From a virus (taxonomy: Duplodnaviria; Caudoviricetes), in IMG/VR virus record IMGVR_UViG_3300020044_010107, positions 1 to 47,596 of that record: a DNA stretch of 47,596 nt; one strand, 5' to 3'. The notes under the pieces were generated by a model that did no database searches, had not been told where the DNA came from, and saw only the letters and a program-made list of their open reading frames with translations. Position numbers and translations under genes: made by a program. Of this stretch, positions 19,001 to 28,214 are shown piece by piece (positions within the stretch are counted from its first letter, which is position 1; the number at the start of each line of letters is the position of its first letter).

Positions 19001-19820
19001 GATTAAAAACTTGATACTGCAAAAATGGGTCGCCAGCGTTCCAGGAGTGGGTAAAATCAGAGTATAGGCCGCCCACGGTGTCCCGAATTGAGTTGTAATA
19101 ATACCGCCTTCCAAGTTGCACCATTTGGCGAAGTGTGCCGTGCCGACGTGCCCAGTAAACGGTCGTGTCTAATGTTTCAGGGGTGAGGTAGTCCAGACCA
19201 AACTCCACACTCGAAAGTGTGTCTTTCATCTGCCAGTTATACCCCTCGGTGGTGATACTTGTATTTTCAATCAAAAAGCCACCCATGCGAACGGTCGTAT
19301 CATTGGCCACATACAAACCATTTTCAGCATTTATAAGGTAGGACGGCGGGCCTGTTGGAGGGCAAACGATAAACCGGGCTCGAATGATGGCGTATGATTC
19401 ATCAGTGAGGAAACGGGTACGACCGTCACGGATAACAATAATAGCACCACCAGAACTCCCCTCATAAACCGCTTCAACCCAATCTCTGTTCACTGCGAAT
19501 TCTACGCTGTTTTGGGTGAATTCTACTACCCCGGCCCCGGCTTGGTCAATAATGTCATTATAGTCATCAAGCAGACGGATAATAGTTGATGGTTTTACCG
19601 GAAATGGGTTCCCGGTTTGAGTAGCGTACTGTACAGCCAATTGGCAGCCCGTACCGTTGTCACGAATCCACAAAACAAAAGGCAGTCCAATGACCACCTC
19701 CGAACTATCCGAATACAATGAGCCCTCAAATACGCAGCCCGCCGGATCGGTAGACTGCGCATTGAGGATAATCCCATTACAAAAAACTATCAGTGCTAGT
19801 AGTAGCTTTCTCATATGCAT
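16062..19820 (-). CDS. Large tail-fibre-like protein with an N-terminal signal peptide
   Basis: LFWDNTNFRLGIGTATP, LGVGLTP and VIGNVTPQRLLHVEG fibre-type motifs; two ~110 aa internal repeats (YTTYKxQAANDxGFINT); MRKLLLALIVFCNGIILNA|Q. Confidence 0.65.
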   Translation of the reverse strand: MHMRKLLLALIVFCNGIILNAQSTDPAGCVFEGSLYSDSSEVVIGLPFVLWIRDNGTGCQLAVQYATQTGNPFPVKPSTIIRLLDDYNDIIDQAGAGVVEFTQNSVEFAVNRDWVEAVYEGSSGGAIIVIRDGRTRFLTDESYAIIRARFIVCPPTGPPSYLINAENGLYVANDTTVRMGGFLIENTSITTEGYNWQMKDTLSSVEFGLDYLTPETLDTTVYWARRHGTLRQMVQLGRRYYYNSIRDTVGGLYSDFTHSWNAGDPFLQYQVFNPLAPNSGTAWLKVQKDNAFLAMSNETTNPYYTLGWTVSNNSATIGASESGSGDPGNGVVMGAYGFGTTEYLFMKTKAVDAGTATNGQFLQLIDNSSGEVDFATIDLSGYLEIGDTAAMLDPYIQGSGTVNSLVKFTAGRVIGNAAITENGSRVVMGLPQQFKSYTTVGMPTLSDLDIVENSTTGFLTRYKTGVAENVITSTGATSGQVSVFSSAGKTYGTNNLFWDNTNFRLGIGTATPSQDVHLRKGVAGAVQFSVENTTSGSSAYAGYRLINNTTAVAAVFKLSAGYTTYKNQAANDFGFINTTNGNMTFLNDVTGGNISFLTGSAGSAQMTLESDGDLYLTGKLGVGLTPVQKVDIRQDQNASTRVNISNQNTGTSAWAGISVGNSTGGGSLYKLSSGYTTYKTQAANDLGFINTVSGNISILNDWASGKIILTSGASTTQHLSVEANGRVVIGNVTPQRLLHVEGEARISDLTTDTPTRIVGADADGDLGALALANMSISGGVLTSMWLKPELNAANVDINANAHSLQLDSLSGLYLTSQSTADLGGAAIDQKKWLNTARTKYFSRTLHYDSRALISGGMPAFYNLLTTNKGSGEEYEWVNEMIWDTTNNVFVHGYGGRYNVGYLKFGSLRSNIAGVYLSVPRFHFFGSNSPENATSDTYHTMWGQSSSVSDMMMGLKDGGKFLIGADSTFIFDPNTDLLTITGTAKITGSTGTPTAVMGRDGSGNISNIGLSGLSVIAGVLTATGSSDGNGIYSNSGTLANHTTRARIPDDGNLLFSQLFNSSADSMYLFFRNNGGGERSFGFGLTDTLSGGYSKAKFSSDGSGVMNWEFSTSDGVFGNTTVKAFEGDLDFSVNTGNIGLTTPVDSEIRMTGLIRAKQEAYYEINSTSSPQTFSNTYSDNYVNQGSTQASFTFLFPASPEDGQILMITWGNAISAVTLDGNGNTITGTAVTTAVSGTRRMFKFYASSNKWEKIF

Positions 19821-19850
19821 TTGATTGCAAGAGATTGAATAAAATGCATA

Positions 19851-20441
19851 TTAGAAAGGCGAAATATTGCGGTCTGGATCACCATTGGCCTCCCAGGTAA
19901 TCCGCAGAATACACTCATCCTTATCCTCATTTCCTTCACCTTTTGGGAAGATGGTACGAGCTGACTTTGGAACAATACCGTTTTCTCCGCCGTAGATGAA
20001 ACCACCAAGCGAAGCATAACGGAAGGTAAAAGAAGTCCATCCGCACTGGAACTGCCGCAAGGTGTCGTACTGATCCTCGGACAAGTTCAGGATACGGAAG
20101 TTCATTGTGTAGATGTACTTGGTGACCTTGGTTTTGAGCTTTGGATAATTGGCAACAACTTCTTCAGGTTCCGCAATTCCACCAATACCCGAAAGTAATT
20201 TGGAAAGAGACCCATCAATACTGCTGTTGTCAATTTGCTCCAGGTCAACTTCGGCGGTCTTTGGGGAGACTGTTCCCCAGGTAATTGGATCAACCAGTGC
20301 CGAGTCTGGTTTGATCAGAACATCACAAATCTGACTGTCGTATAAGTCATAATTTGTACAGTCCTGATCGATGTCCAACGCGCCCAAATCCAAATCATCG
20401 TTGCAATCTGCCGGGCACGTTAAAAATTGATTTATAGCCAT
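19851..20441 (-). CDS. Putative major tail (tube) protein
   Basis: 196 aa, acidic, beta-rich, positioned after the head genes; inferred from size and position. Confidence 0.5.
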   Translation of the reverse strand: MAINQFLTCPADCNDDLDLGALDIDQDCTNYDLYDSQICDVLIKPDSALVDPITWGTVSPKTAEVDLEQIDNSSIDGSLSKLLSGIGGIAEPEEVVANYPKLKTKVTKYIYTMNFRILNLSEDQYDTLRQFQCGWTSFTFRYASLGGFIYGGENGIVPKSARTIFPKGEGNEDKDECILRITWEANGDPDRNISPF

Positions 20442-20446
20442 TGTTT

Positions 20447-21523
20447 TTAAGCTTTTATTGCCCGACGTTGCCAGGTGTCACTGGATTTGCATTTCCAGCA
20501 TCCTGATAATTCAGGTCGGTAGTTCTTTGAAATCGCGGTCACGTACTCAACAAAGTTGTTTTGTAGCCGCGTTCGTCTTCCGTACAGCTCCTCAATCGGT
20601 TTGAGCGTGTACCTGTTGATTCTTCCCGACTCAATGACCATTGAAATGAGTTTAGCGGCTCCCTTGGCCTGAATGGCCGCCGCTGCATCATCCAAGAGGT
20701 CTTGGCCGGATAGTTCAGCCAGGTTACACAAAAAGTTGGTGTAGTCGCAGTCCAGGTAACACCCTACCGAAAGCCCGTTTGCACTGTGGCCGGGTGTGAT
20801 GTCTTCCAGTTCATCCAGAGTGTCGGAAGTAAACCCTCCAGCTAGGAAAGTACCGCGCCGGATCGGATCATCACCCTTGCACCCGCAGGTGATCTTGTTT
20901 TCGTTCGCCCTGGCACCTTCAGGTAAGGTGTAGTAGATCGCGTAAATCAGATCATCTCTGTTTTCAGAGTGGAAGGGTAGGATATAGGGGGAATCAACTT
21001 CTGGAATGTCTACGAACGTGGTCTGATTGGCCACGGTTTCAATCTCCACGGTTTTGGCCGGGAAATTATCAGGATCGTTGGAAATGAAATGAACCTCCAC
21101 CGTTGCGGCCACTGAAATATTCAGGCCGATCCTGGTGATCTTCAGTTCAGCATCGCGCCACCGTGGGAACTTGAAAAGAATCCCCAAATACGTTTTGTTG
21201 GTCGTGAATCTTGAACGGTTCTTTACTTCCCCAATAAAACCCCGAAAGGCTTGCATCCTTGGGTTATTGTACTTTTTCATCATGATGCCCAGCTCGTGAC
21301 GCAACTCCCGAATGGCATCTGTCCGCGCCTTGGTCATCATGGCCCAAAATTCATTCCCGCAATCCACCGATTGAAACACGGCTTCAAGTGTTGGAAAACC
21401 TACTTCGGGATCAGTCAGGTATCGCCCCGACTCGGAGGTGTTCCATCCGTCAGGTTGCAAGTCAGAAAAACACTCGCAATCAATATCCGTCAGCCCTACT
21501 AGGTTTTCCAAGCACTCTGCCAT
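20447..21523 (-). CDS. Cys-rich structural protein (possible head-tail adaptor)
   Basis: Located between the capsid and putative tail tube genes. Confidence 0.45.
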   Translation of the reverse strand: MAECLENLVGLTDIDCECFSDLQPDGWNTSESGRYLTDPEVGFPTLEAVFQSVDCGNEFWAMMTKARTDAIRELRHELGIMMKKYNNPRMQAFRGFIGEVKNRSRFTTNKTYLGILFKFPRWRDAELKITRIGLNISVAATVEVHFISNDPDNFPAKTVEIETVANQTTFVDIPEVDSPYILPFHSENRDDLIYAIYYTLPEGARANENKITCGCKGDDPIRRGTFLAGGFTSDTLDELEDITPGHSANGLSVGCYLDCDYTNFLCNLAELSGQDLLDDAAAAIQAKGAAKLISMVIESGRINRYTLKPIEELYGRRTRLQNNFVEYVTAISKNYRPELSGCWKCKSSDTWQRRAIKA

Positions 21524-21525
21524 GA

Positions 21526-21996
21526 TCAGTATTTTTTGTAGACCAACTGCAATGAATACGGGGAGACTTGCGTACCCGTTGACTTCACCACGAACATTTG
21601 CCGCTGGCCGTAGACCTCAGTTACCTTGCGAACATCTGATACCGTTGCAGACGTGGAGCCAGTGGAGTCTACCAAAATCCAGCCCGTTCCGTCTCGAAAG
21701 TTGCTTTCGTAAATCAAAACCTTTTGGCTTCGAGTGCCAGACGTGGAGGTTGTTTTCAATTGGATTGATCCGGTCCACTTGCTCGTCAAGGCTGATGCCA
21801 AGGTGATGGTGTCCCGTTCGGTGTTGGTGGAAGTTCCGGTGGATGCTGTTGGGGCAAAGATTACCGAATTGGAGGTGGTACTTTCTGCTTCCACTGCATC
21901 TTTTGCTTTAACCGCCTCTTTTGATGGCGTAAAAGCGAAGGAAAGAACGATACAAAGCATTGCAAAAAGTGCAAGGCCGATATTTTGTGGTTTCAT
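21526..21996 (-). CDS. Thr/Ser-rich protein with signal peptide
   Basis: MKPQNIGLALFAMLCIVLSFA; directly after the capsid gene. Confidence 0.65.
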   Translation of the reverse strand: MKPQNIGLALFAMLCIVLSFAFTPSKEAVKAKDAVEAESTTSNSVIFAPTASTGTSTNTERDTITLASALTSKWTGSIQLKTTSTSGTRSQKVLIYESNFRDGTGWILVDSTGSTSATVSDVRKVTEVYGQRQMFVVKSTGTQVSPYSLQLVYKKY

Positions 21997-22029
21997 TTTT
22001 TCAGTTTGAAAAATGTGAATGGAATTGGG

Positions 22030-23130
22030 TTACACTGCTTTCAGCTTCTGGATACCAGTCTGACCGTCAATACCTGGAGGTGCGACGTTCTTTTGGCCCA
22101 AAAACTTGATCTCAAATTGGTGATCCAGAGCGATGGAGGTGTCGGAGTTGCGGGTGCTACACTTACGCTGCATTACTACTTCGTAGCGAACAGGGCGCAT
22201 TACACCATTCTCCATGATCATCAGGTCAGGGTCTTCAATGTAGTACTCCCACAGTGTTTCGCTCTTCTGAACGGGCACCAATGAAGAATACGACTTGTTG
22301 ACAAACAGGTAAGCGTTGGGGTCAACCGCGAAGGAGTTGAATCCGGTGAGCGTCTGGTCAAGGTCACGGACATCCCAAAACATATCATAAGCCCCAAAAG
22401 TGGCCATGATGCTTCGTTGGTCGTCGTTACGGGCCTTGTACATGGAAGTGTCAAAAGCCAAACGCCAGTTTTTGCGGCCTGAGATCAAGAAGTAACTGCC
22501 ATTGAAATCGTTGTTACGGAGAACAGTTTCCCACTCTACGATAGCATCTTCATTCTTGGCGTCGTCAACTGGAATCTCAATGGTTGCCAAGTCTGCATTC
22601 ACAGCCCAGTTACCATTGCCCAGGTCACTAGTTGTCACCAGCGTGTCCAAGTTAGCTTGCTTGTTGGAGTTCAAAAAGTTGACCCCAAGAACGTTCACCT
22701 TTTTACGGATGTCGTTCATGCCCTTGATGAGCGTTTGAGCAATCAACTCTTCAGGCGAGTACATGTTTTTTTGACGTAGGTCGGTTTCAGTCAAAGCTAC
22801 ATTACTGACAATAAAAATGTTGTCAGTGTAGGTTTTGTCATCAGTTTCGAGCTGCGTACCGTTCTCAAGGGTACAGTCCAAGGATGGAGCTGATGTACCG
22901 TTGTGGGTAATAGAGTCTACCCCGGATTTAGGCCAATACACACGTTGACCAATTACCCGGCCACCGTTTTGCACCGGGCTTGCACTTGCGGTTTGTTTGG
23001 AAAACAAGGCCCGGATTGTATCTACTGGATGCGAAAATTCAGCATTCCAGGGGCCGGGTGATTTCCAGTACTCTTGCACTTTGGCTTGTGCGTCGAGGAT
23101 TTGACTTGCGGAAAAATCTCCTGCTGCCAT
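22030..23130 (-). CDS. Major capsid protein (putative)
   Basis: 366 aa directly after the scaffold-like gene; size and composition fit an HK97-fold MCP. Confidence 0.7.
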   Translation of the reverse strand: MAAGDFSASQILDAQAKVQEYWKSPGPWNAEFSHPVDTIRALFSKQTASASPVQNGGRVIGQRVYWPKSGVDSITHNGTSAPSLDCTLENGTQLETDDKTYTDNIFIVSNVALTETDLRQKNMYSPEELIAQTLIKGMNDIRKKVNVLGVNFLNSNKQANLDTLVTTSDLGNGNWAVNADLATIEIPVDDAKNEDAIVEWETVLRNNDFNGSYFLISGRKNWRLAFDTSMYKARNDDQRSIMATFGAYDMFWDVRDLDQTLTGFNSFAVDPNAYLFVNKSYSSLVPVQKSETLWEYYIEDPDLMIMENGVMRPVRYEVVMQRKCSTRNSDTSIALDHQFEIKFLGQKNVAPPGIDGQTGIQKLKAV

Positions 23131-23167
23131 GTTCGTAAATTGATTTTACAGTGATGGCAGTAGCTCT

Positions 23168-24067
23168 TTATTTCATGGTCGCGGAATATGCCCGGATGAT
23201 CTTTGCTTTTTGCAATGGATCGGCAATGCCTTTGAGAGCGCTTTCCAGACTAACCCCGTCGACAACTTTGTAGTCGCCACTGCCGGATTGGTTTTGTCCA
23301 GAATTTGCACCAGATGACCCCTTTTGAGGGTCGAAAGTATGTGTACCGAAAGAATTCAACTCAAGAACCCATTTACCGAAGTCTTTGACATTGTGGAGTT
23401 CGTCCTTGTCAATTTCACCAGCATCATTGAGCAAAAAAACCTTTCCATTTTCGACCTTCACCCGAGTAAACCCGTCGGTGTATAGTCGAAGTAGGTCGAT
23501 TATGGTTTTCTTTCTCTTGGCTTGCTCTTCTGGGGTTTCGCCTTTTTTCCAATTGGCAGCCTCCAGGGCTTCAAAGCCTTGATTAATTACAGCTTCTTGA
23601 TTGAGCCGAATAAGGTTAGATTTCCGCTCTTTTTCGAGTGCGGTTTCGTATTCGGAGAGTTTTGTTTTGAAAGGGGTAATGCTTTCCTCCAGGATGGCTT
23701 GGAAAGCTTTATGTTTCTTGATTTGATCAGGGGTTAGTTCCTCAACCTTTCCGCCCTGTGGGGTCAATGACTCCAACAATGCGTCAATCAAAGCCTCTCC
23801 TTTCAACTCTTCCGACAACTGAACTTCACGAGCCTGAGCCCGCGCCTTAATGGCTTTCTCCCAAGTGGTGTGAGCTTCTTTTTTCCCACGACCCATTTGG
23901 TTTTCGGTCACACTTCTGACTTTTGCGGCCAATTCGTTTTTGAAAAACTCAATGGCTTTGCTTTCGTCAATCTGCGCATCTTCTGTTTCGCCGAAAAGCC
24001 CGGCCAGCTCGTCGTCAGTTTTGTTGAAGAGGTTCTGAGCTATCCCCTGAATCAATGTTTTGCTCAT
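23168..24067 (-). CDS. Capsid scaffolding protein (putative)
   Basis: Charged coiled coil with a Gly/Ser-rich linker and short C-terminal helix, immediately upstream of the MCP. Confidence 0.65.
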   Translation of the reverse strand: MSKTLIQGIAQNLFNKTDDELAGLFGETEDAQIDESKAIEFFKNELAAKVRSVTENQMGRGKKEAHTTWEKAIKARAQAREVQLSEELKGEALIDALLESLTPQGGKVEELTPDQIKKHKAFQAILEESITPFKTKLSEYETALEKERKSNLIRLNQEAVINQGFEALEAANWKKGETPEEQAKRKKTIIDLLRLYTDGFTRVKVENGKVFLLNDAGEIDKDELHNVKDFGKWVLELNSFGTHTFDPQKGSSGANSGQNQSGSGDYKVVDGVSLESALKGIADPLQKAKIIRAYSATMK

Positions 24068-24281
24068 TGTTATCCGTGTTGTCTGCTTGCGTTTTCTTTA
24101 ACTTCTTAGCGGAAGTCTCGCCATGTTGTTCTATTGGAGGCTGCGGTACAAACTGCTCCTCAATGGCCTTAAAACGGAAAGAATCAGCCGTTGCGGGGTG
24201 ACTCTTCAGTTGGTTCATTCTCGCCTCGGTTACGGGTGAGTGTTCACGGCCAGTTCGTTTGTGAGTTCGCGTGTACAGCAT
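24015..24281 (-). CDS. Small hypothetical protein
   Basis: 88 aa ORF in the head operon. Confidence 0.5.
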   Translation of the reverse strand: MLYTRTHKRTGREHSPVTEARMNQLKSHPATADSFRFKAIEEQFVPQPPIEQHGETSAKKLKKTQADNTDNNEQNIDSGDSSEPLQQN

Positions 24282-24292
24282 TTTCTTTGACT

Positions 24293-24565
24293 TTAGGCTT
24301 CTTCAGCATTGGGATCAACTTCGCCTGCTCCAAGGGTTTCTTTGGCTTTGGCTTTAGGTCCCGGTTTCGATTTCGTGGCAGGTGGGTTTTCTTTGGCTTC
24401 AAAAGGCTCAATGACATGATTATCGTATTGGTCAACGTGATCTTTACGGCAAACGGAAAGGATGTTGTCACTCACACGTCGAATCAAAACCCATCCCCGG
24501 TGGATGGTGTTCTCCTTCAAAAAACTCTCCTTGTATTGCGGGAAATCCGCGTTAGAAACTGCCAT
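24293..24565 (-). CDS. Small hypothetical protein (start MAVSNAD)
   Basis: Follows the promoter at 24581-24588. Confidence 0.55.
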   Translation of the reverse strand: MAVSNADFPQYKESFLKENTIHRGWVLIRRVSDNILSVCRKDHVDQYDNHVIEPFEAKENPPATKSKPGPKAKAKETLGAGEVDPNAEEA

Positions 24566-24568
24566 AAA

Positions 24569-24603
24569 ATACGTTTTATGCAAATTTATGAATAAAACGC
24601 ATA
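24569..24603 (-). promoter_or_regulatory. Promoter TAAATTTG flanked by inverted operator-like half-sites
   Basis: ATACGTTTTAT...ATAAAACGCAT around the -7 element at 24581-24588. Confidence 0.6.
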
Positions 24604-24660
24604 GTTTACAATGTGGGGAAATATATTTTGATTATGTATAATTAAAACATTAATCAAAAC

Positions 24661-24861
24661 CTATCTCCTGCCACCCAAAAGCAAAGAAAACAAACTGCTC
24701 CATTTGAACCTAAACCCCAATCCTTTGATTGGAGTCTTGATTGAAAAGCCAGATGTTCCGATTGAACCACGTTTCCCACGGCTTGAAATAGAAGCTCCGG
24801 TCTTTCCGACATTCAGCCCTGTTTTGCCAAATAGATTGAATCTTCTGAAAAAGTGTAGCAT
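24661..24861 (-). CDS. DUF4236-like small protein
   Basis: FFRRFNLFGKTGLNVGKTGASIS...GLGFR pattern. Confidence 0.65.
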   Translation of the reverse strand: MLHFFRRFNLFGKTGLNVGKTGASISSRGKRGSIGTSGFSIKTPIKGLGFRFKWSSLFSLLLGGRR

Positions 24862-24907
24862 GTCGTGTTGTTTTATGCCTACAATTTGCAGGATTATTAG
24901 CAAATAA

Positions 24908-27469
24908 TCAATCCTTTGGCCTGAACGTTTCTTTGTACCTGATCCTGCCGCGACGGTATTCTTTCCGGTATCCGGTGTCAGTGGGGGTAATCACGGGCCG
25001 TTCCTGTAAAGTCTCCAGAACATTCTCTACAACATAAGTCAATCTATCCAGTCGGTCAGAGATCGCTTTGTCAGTGGCTCTACTTTGACTTGAATTATCC
25101 CGGGCTCTGTGTTGTGCTGCTATACGGCTGCCAGTTTCCCCCATGGCATTGAACCGTCGCGCAAGCTCACGCCCCTGGTTGGCTTGTTCAATGGTCTTGG
25201 TAAGGTTGAGGTGGTCGTACTCTCCACGGTTCACCCGGTGGAAAAACTCCTCGTTTACGACACTGGACTTTTTCCTAATGATGAACTCGCCTCCCTCGGC
25301 TTCAACCACCCGGCTATTGCCGATCACAATGGGAATACCGCCCTGCTCATGGGATGGGCCTTGCAAGAGCTGGCCACCCCCACGGAATTTTGGAGGCGTG
25401 GAAAACTTGGCCGCGTTAGCTTTGGCCTGGGCGATGATACGGAACAGCAAGGCAATGCCCGCTGCTGCAGTAACAATACCAATTAAACCTTTGCCAGATT
25501 CGGCGGTGATAACCTTTGCAGCACCAAGGGCCAATTGCGAAGCCTGCTGAAGTGAATCAGAGATAAGCTGTTGGCGTAATGCCTTTTTCTCCAGGGCTTC
25601 TTTTTGTTCCTGAGCACGTTGCAGCCTGGCTTGTTCGGCCCTTAATTCATCTTCCTTAAGCTTAGCACTATTGGCGAGTCCATCCTCCTGTAACTTCAGT
25701 TCGGTATCATAAGCCGTTTGAGCAGCGGAAACTCTTTTTTCTATTGAAGCTATCAAAGCTTCGTTCTCTGCAATCTGCCTTTGAGTTCCCGAACTGATGA
25801 TGTTGTCAATTGAAGATATTGTAGCGCTGATCTGATCGGCGATAAATCCAAGCTGCTCTTCGTTTAGGTTGAGGGCATCAAGTATTTTTTGTTTGATGTT
25901 GTCAAATGCAGATAGTGCCTCTTCTGCTCCTTCTGCTGCAGAACTTACCACAGTGAAGGTATTTTCCTTTGTGATCTTAGCAAGCTCCTTTGCCTTTTCC
26001 CTATCCTGCAATCCAGGCAGCAACTCAAAGTTCTCAATCCCGTTTTTTGACTTATACTCGTCGACTGCTTTTTTGAACTCTGAATCAACAATGCCCAATA
26101 AGGATGTCACTTGATCACGTACCGCCTGCGGTATTTTTATACCTGCAATTTTTGCAGCGTTTTCGATTGAGGATTGGAGTTCAATGATCTCCAGGATCGC
26201 AGCATCTTTTTCAGCCAAAATCCTGTCAAGACCATCCGATGAACCAAGTGTGGCCTTATCCAGTCTTTTCTCCAGGTCTCCAAGTAACCCATTGTATGCA
26301 TCCTGAAGTTTCTTTATCCTTTCTTGCTCTGCTTGCGAAATACCGCGAATTCCAGCGCTATACTCTGCCTGTTGGGTGATCAAATCAGCCTGCAATGACT
26401 TGATACGGGCTAATGCGTCGGCCCTGTCTTGCTCCAAGGCGTCATTGGTACCAACTCCACTTTGCTTCTTTAGGGCAATATCTGCCTGAACCAACCTCAA
26501 ACGTTCCCTCTCAATCGCTATCTCTTTACTGAGGATCCTTTGTGTCTCCGCTGAAGCTGCCTTTGTGGCTGCGATCCTTTGTTTGGCAGACAGTGCCTCA
26601 TTATTTGCGGTAACAGTCAGCTTGGCCAAAGTCTTTTCAGATTCGGCCTGGTCAATGGTTAATTCCCTGGTTCTTTTGGAAAGCTCTTGGTATCCCTTTT
26701 CGATTTTAGCCCCCTCTTTAGCGGCCTTTGAAATCTCTTCGCCAAACCCCTTGAATACTATCCCTCCAAGCTTGGTTATGTCTGCAAAAGCACTAAGGCC
26801 TGGTAAGAGTTTAATCAGGAAGTTTCCAAGCCCTGAATACTTCTTCTCTGCCTCTGCGGCGAACTTGCCAAATTTATTCAAGCCGTCGATTAGCTTTTCT
26901 CCAAAAATAACCAGCTTCCCAATCACTACATCAACAGCCGATCCAAGCCCGGCCATCGCCTGGCTGACTCTATTTGCACCCGATTGAGTTCTTGTGAATA
27001 CCGCAACCAACGCGCCAAGAGCAAGCAGTAATGCACCAATGCCAGTGCCAATAATTGCCAGCTTCAGCACATTTAATGCCTTGGAAAACCCAGCAGTGGC
27101 CTTTATGCTATTGATAATCCCAAGTCCATAGTCTTTTAATCCATTGATTGCGGCGGTGGCCCTATCTTTGAATTGACCCAACGAATCAGTAATTTTATCA
27201 ACAGCCCTTTCGTATAACTGAGCAGCGCTGGATGTTTTTTTAATTTGCAAATCCTGAGCTTTGAGTTGCCCCAAATTCTCTTTGATTGCGTCGCTGTACT
27301 TCTTCTCAGACGCAACAGCCTCTTGGAGCGTCTCATTGACGGCATCCCTCATCTGGTTTTGATACTTGATCTGTCTACTGATCAGATCAAGCTGCTTTTT
27401 CTGATATTCAACAAGCCCATTGTCGTTAAAATTCAGCTTTAACTCAACTTCAGTTACTTCAACCGCCAT
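24908..27469 (-). CDS. Tape measure protein
   Basis: 853 aa Ala/Leu-rich helical protein; AIIGTGIGALLLALGALV; C-terminal GPSHEQGGI...EAEGGEFII; follows the chaperone pair. Confidence 0.85.
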   Translation of the reverse strand: MAVEVTEVELKLNFNDNGLVEYQKKQLDLISRQIKYQNQMRDAVNETLQEAVASEKKYSDAIKENLGQLKAQDLQIKKTSSAAQLYERAVDKITDSLGQFKDRATAAINGLKDYGLGIINSIKATAGFSKALNVLKLAIIGTGIGALLLALGALVAVFTRTQSGANRVSQAMAGLGSAVDVVIGKLVIFGEKLIDGLNKFGKFAAEAEKKYSGLGNFLIKLLPGLSAFADITKLGGIVFKGFGEEISKAAKEGAKIEKGYQELSKRTRELTIDQAESEKTLAKLTVTANNEALSAKQRIAATKAASAETQRILSKEIAIERERLRLVQADIALKKQSGVGTNDALEQDRADALARIKSLQADLITQQAEYSAGIRGISQAEQERIKKLQDAYNGLLGDLEKRLDKATLGSSDGLDRILAEKDAAILEIIELQSSIENAAKIAGIKIPQAVRDQVTSLLGIVDSEFKKAVDEYKSKNGIENFELLPGLQDREKAKELAKITKENTFTVVSSAAEGAEEALSAFDNIKQKILDALNLNEEQLGFIADQISATISSIDNIISSGTQRQIAENEALIASIEKRVSAAQTAYDTELKLQEDGLANSAKLKEDELRAEQARLQRAQEQKEALEKKALRQQLISDSLQQASQLALGAAKVITAESGKGLIGIVTAAAGIALLFRIIAQAKANAAKFSTPPKFRGGGQLLQGPSHEQGGIPIVIGNSRVVEAEGGEFIIRKKSSVVNEEFFHRVNRGEYDHLNLTKTIEQANQGRELARRFNAMGETGSRIAAQHRARDNSSQSRATDKAISDRLDRLTYVVENVLETLQERPVITPTDTGYRKEYRRGRIRYKETFRPKD

Positions 27470-27480
27470 AACAATTAGTT

Positions 27481-27789
27481 TTAAGACTTTCCAGCCTTCA
27501 TTTTTTCCCTCATCTTGACCTGAGCTTTGGCGTACAGTTTGAAAAACTCCAACTCGTGTACACTGAGCAGATCGGCCAGGGTGAAGGGTGAATAAGACAT
27601 GATGAAGTCCACCATGTCCAAACGGTTGTTATCTGTTTCCTCAAAAATGTCAATGGTTTTACCATTTTCAAGCCTGTACTTGTAAATATTTTTTACACCG
27701 CCTCCTTTGTTTGACTTCCCGGCTGTTGGGAATACTTTGCGGAGGTCTCGGCGAAGCCTCTCACCATACTCAGCCCCAATTCTAAAAAA
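27481..27789 (-). CDS. Tail assembly chaperone GT extension (-1 frameshift product), not in the ORF track
   Basis: Slippery T_TTT_TTA at 27789-27783; the -1 frame is open to TAA at 27481 (...FTLADLLSVHELEFFKLYAKAQ...). Confidence 0.8.
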   Translation of the reverse strand, partial: FFRIGAEYGERLRRDLRKVFPTAGKSNKGGGVKNIYKYRLENGKTIDIFEETDNNRLDMVDFIMSYSPFTLADLLSVHELEFFKLYAKAQVKMREKMKAGKS

Positions 27790-28214
27790 TCGATCTCGTT
27801 GTATTCGGTGTTCCAGTCCTCAATTTTCTCATTCTGCTCATCAATGATCCATTTGGTCATATCTTCACCCTCTCTGACGATAAACAGAGTACAGAAAAGG
27901 AAATTCACCGGAAACCTGGCACTGGTGACCTTCAGAATCTCTTCACGTAGGGCTTTGATCAGGAGCCCACATTTGGCAAAGTCGCCCTTGCCCCGGCCAA
28001 ATTGGTTGATCTCAAATTGAATCTCCTTCAATCGTTCGTCAACCTCGCCTACGCCCATTCCAATCCCATTTACCAGTTCCATTTTTAGGAATTCGGAGGT
28101 GCGATAAATACCCAATCCTTCATCACGGGAACGGATGATGTATTTATGGCCATTGGCGGTGAAGTGCCGCAGGTAGTGGCCGTTGCTGTCTCTTGGTAGT
28201 GGTTTGAGTTGCAT
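27693..28214 (-). CDS. Tail assembly chaperone G
   Basis: Upstream of the TMP and contains the slippery site. Confidence 0.75.
   Translation of the reverse strand: MQLKPLPRDSNGHYLRHFTANGHKYIIRSRDEGLGIYRTSEFLKMELVNGIGMGVGEVDERLKEIQFEINQFGRGKGDFAKCGLLIKALREEILKVTSARFPVNFLFCTLFIVREGEDMTKWIIDEQNEKIEDWNTEYNEIDFLELGLSMVRGFAETSAKYSQQPGSQTKEAV

Noticed and set aside
16062-19820. Diversity-generating retroelement or shufflon acting on the fibre
   Set aside because: No reverse transcriptase, TR/VR pair, adjacent invertase or inverted cassettes seen; the repeats are diverged protein-level repeats.
27470-27483. Read-through of the chaperone GT frame into the TMP
   Set aside because: Base counting gives an in-frame TAA at 27483-27481.
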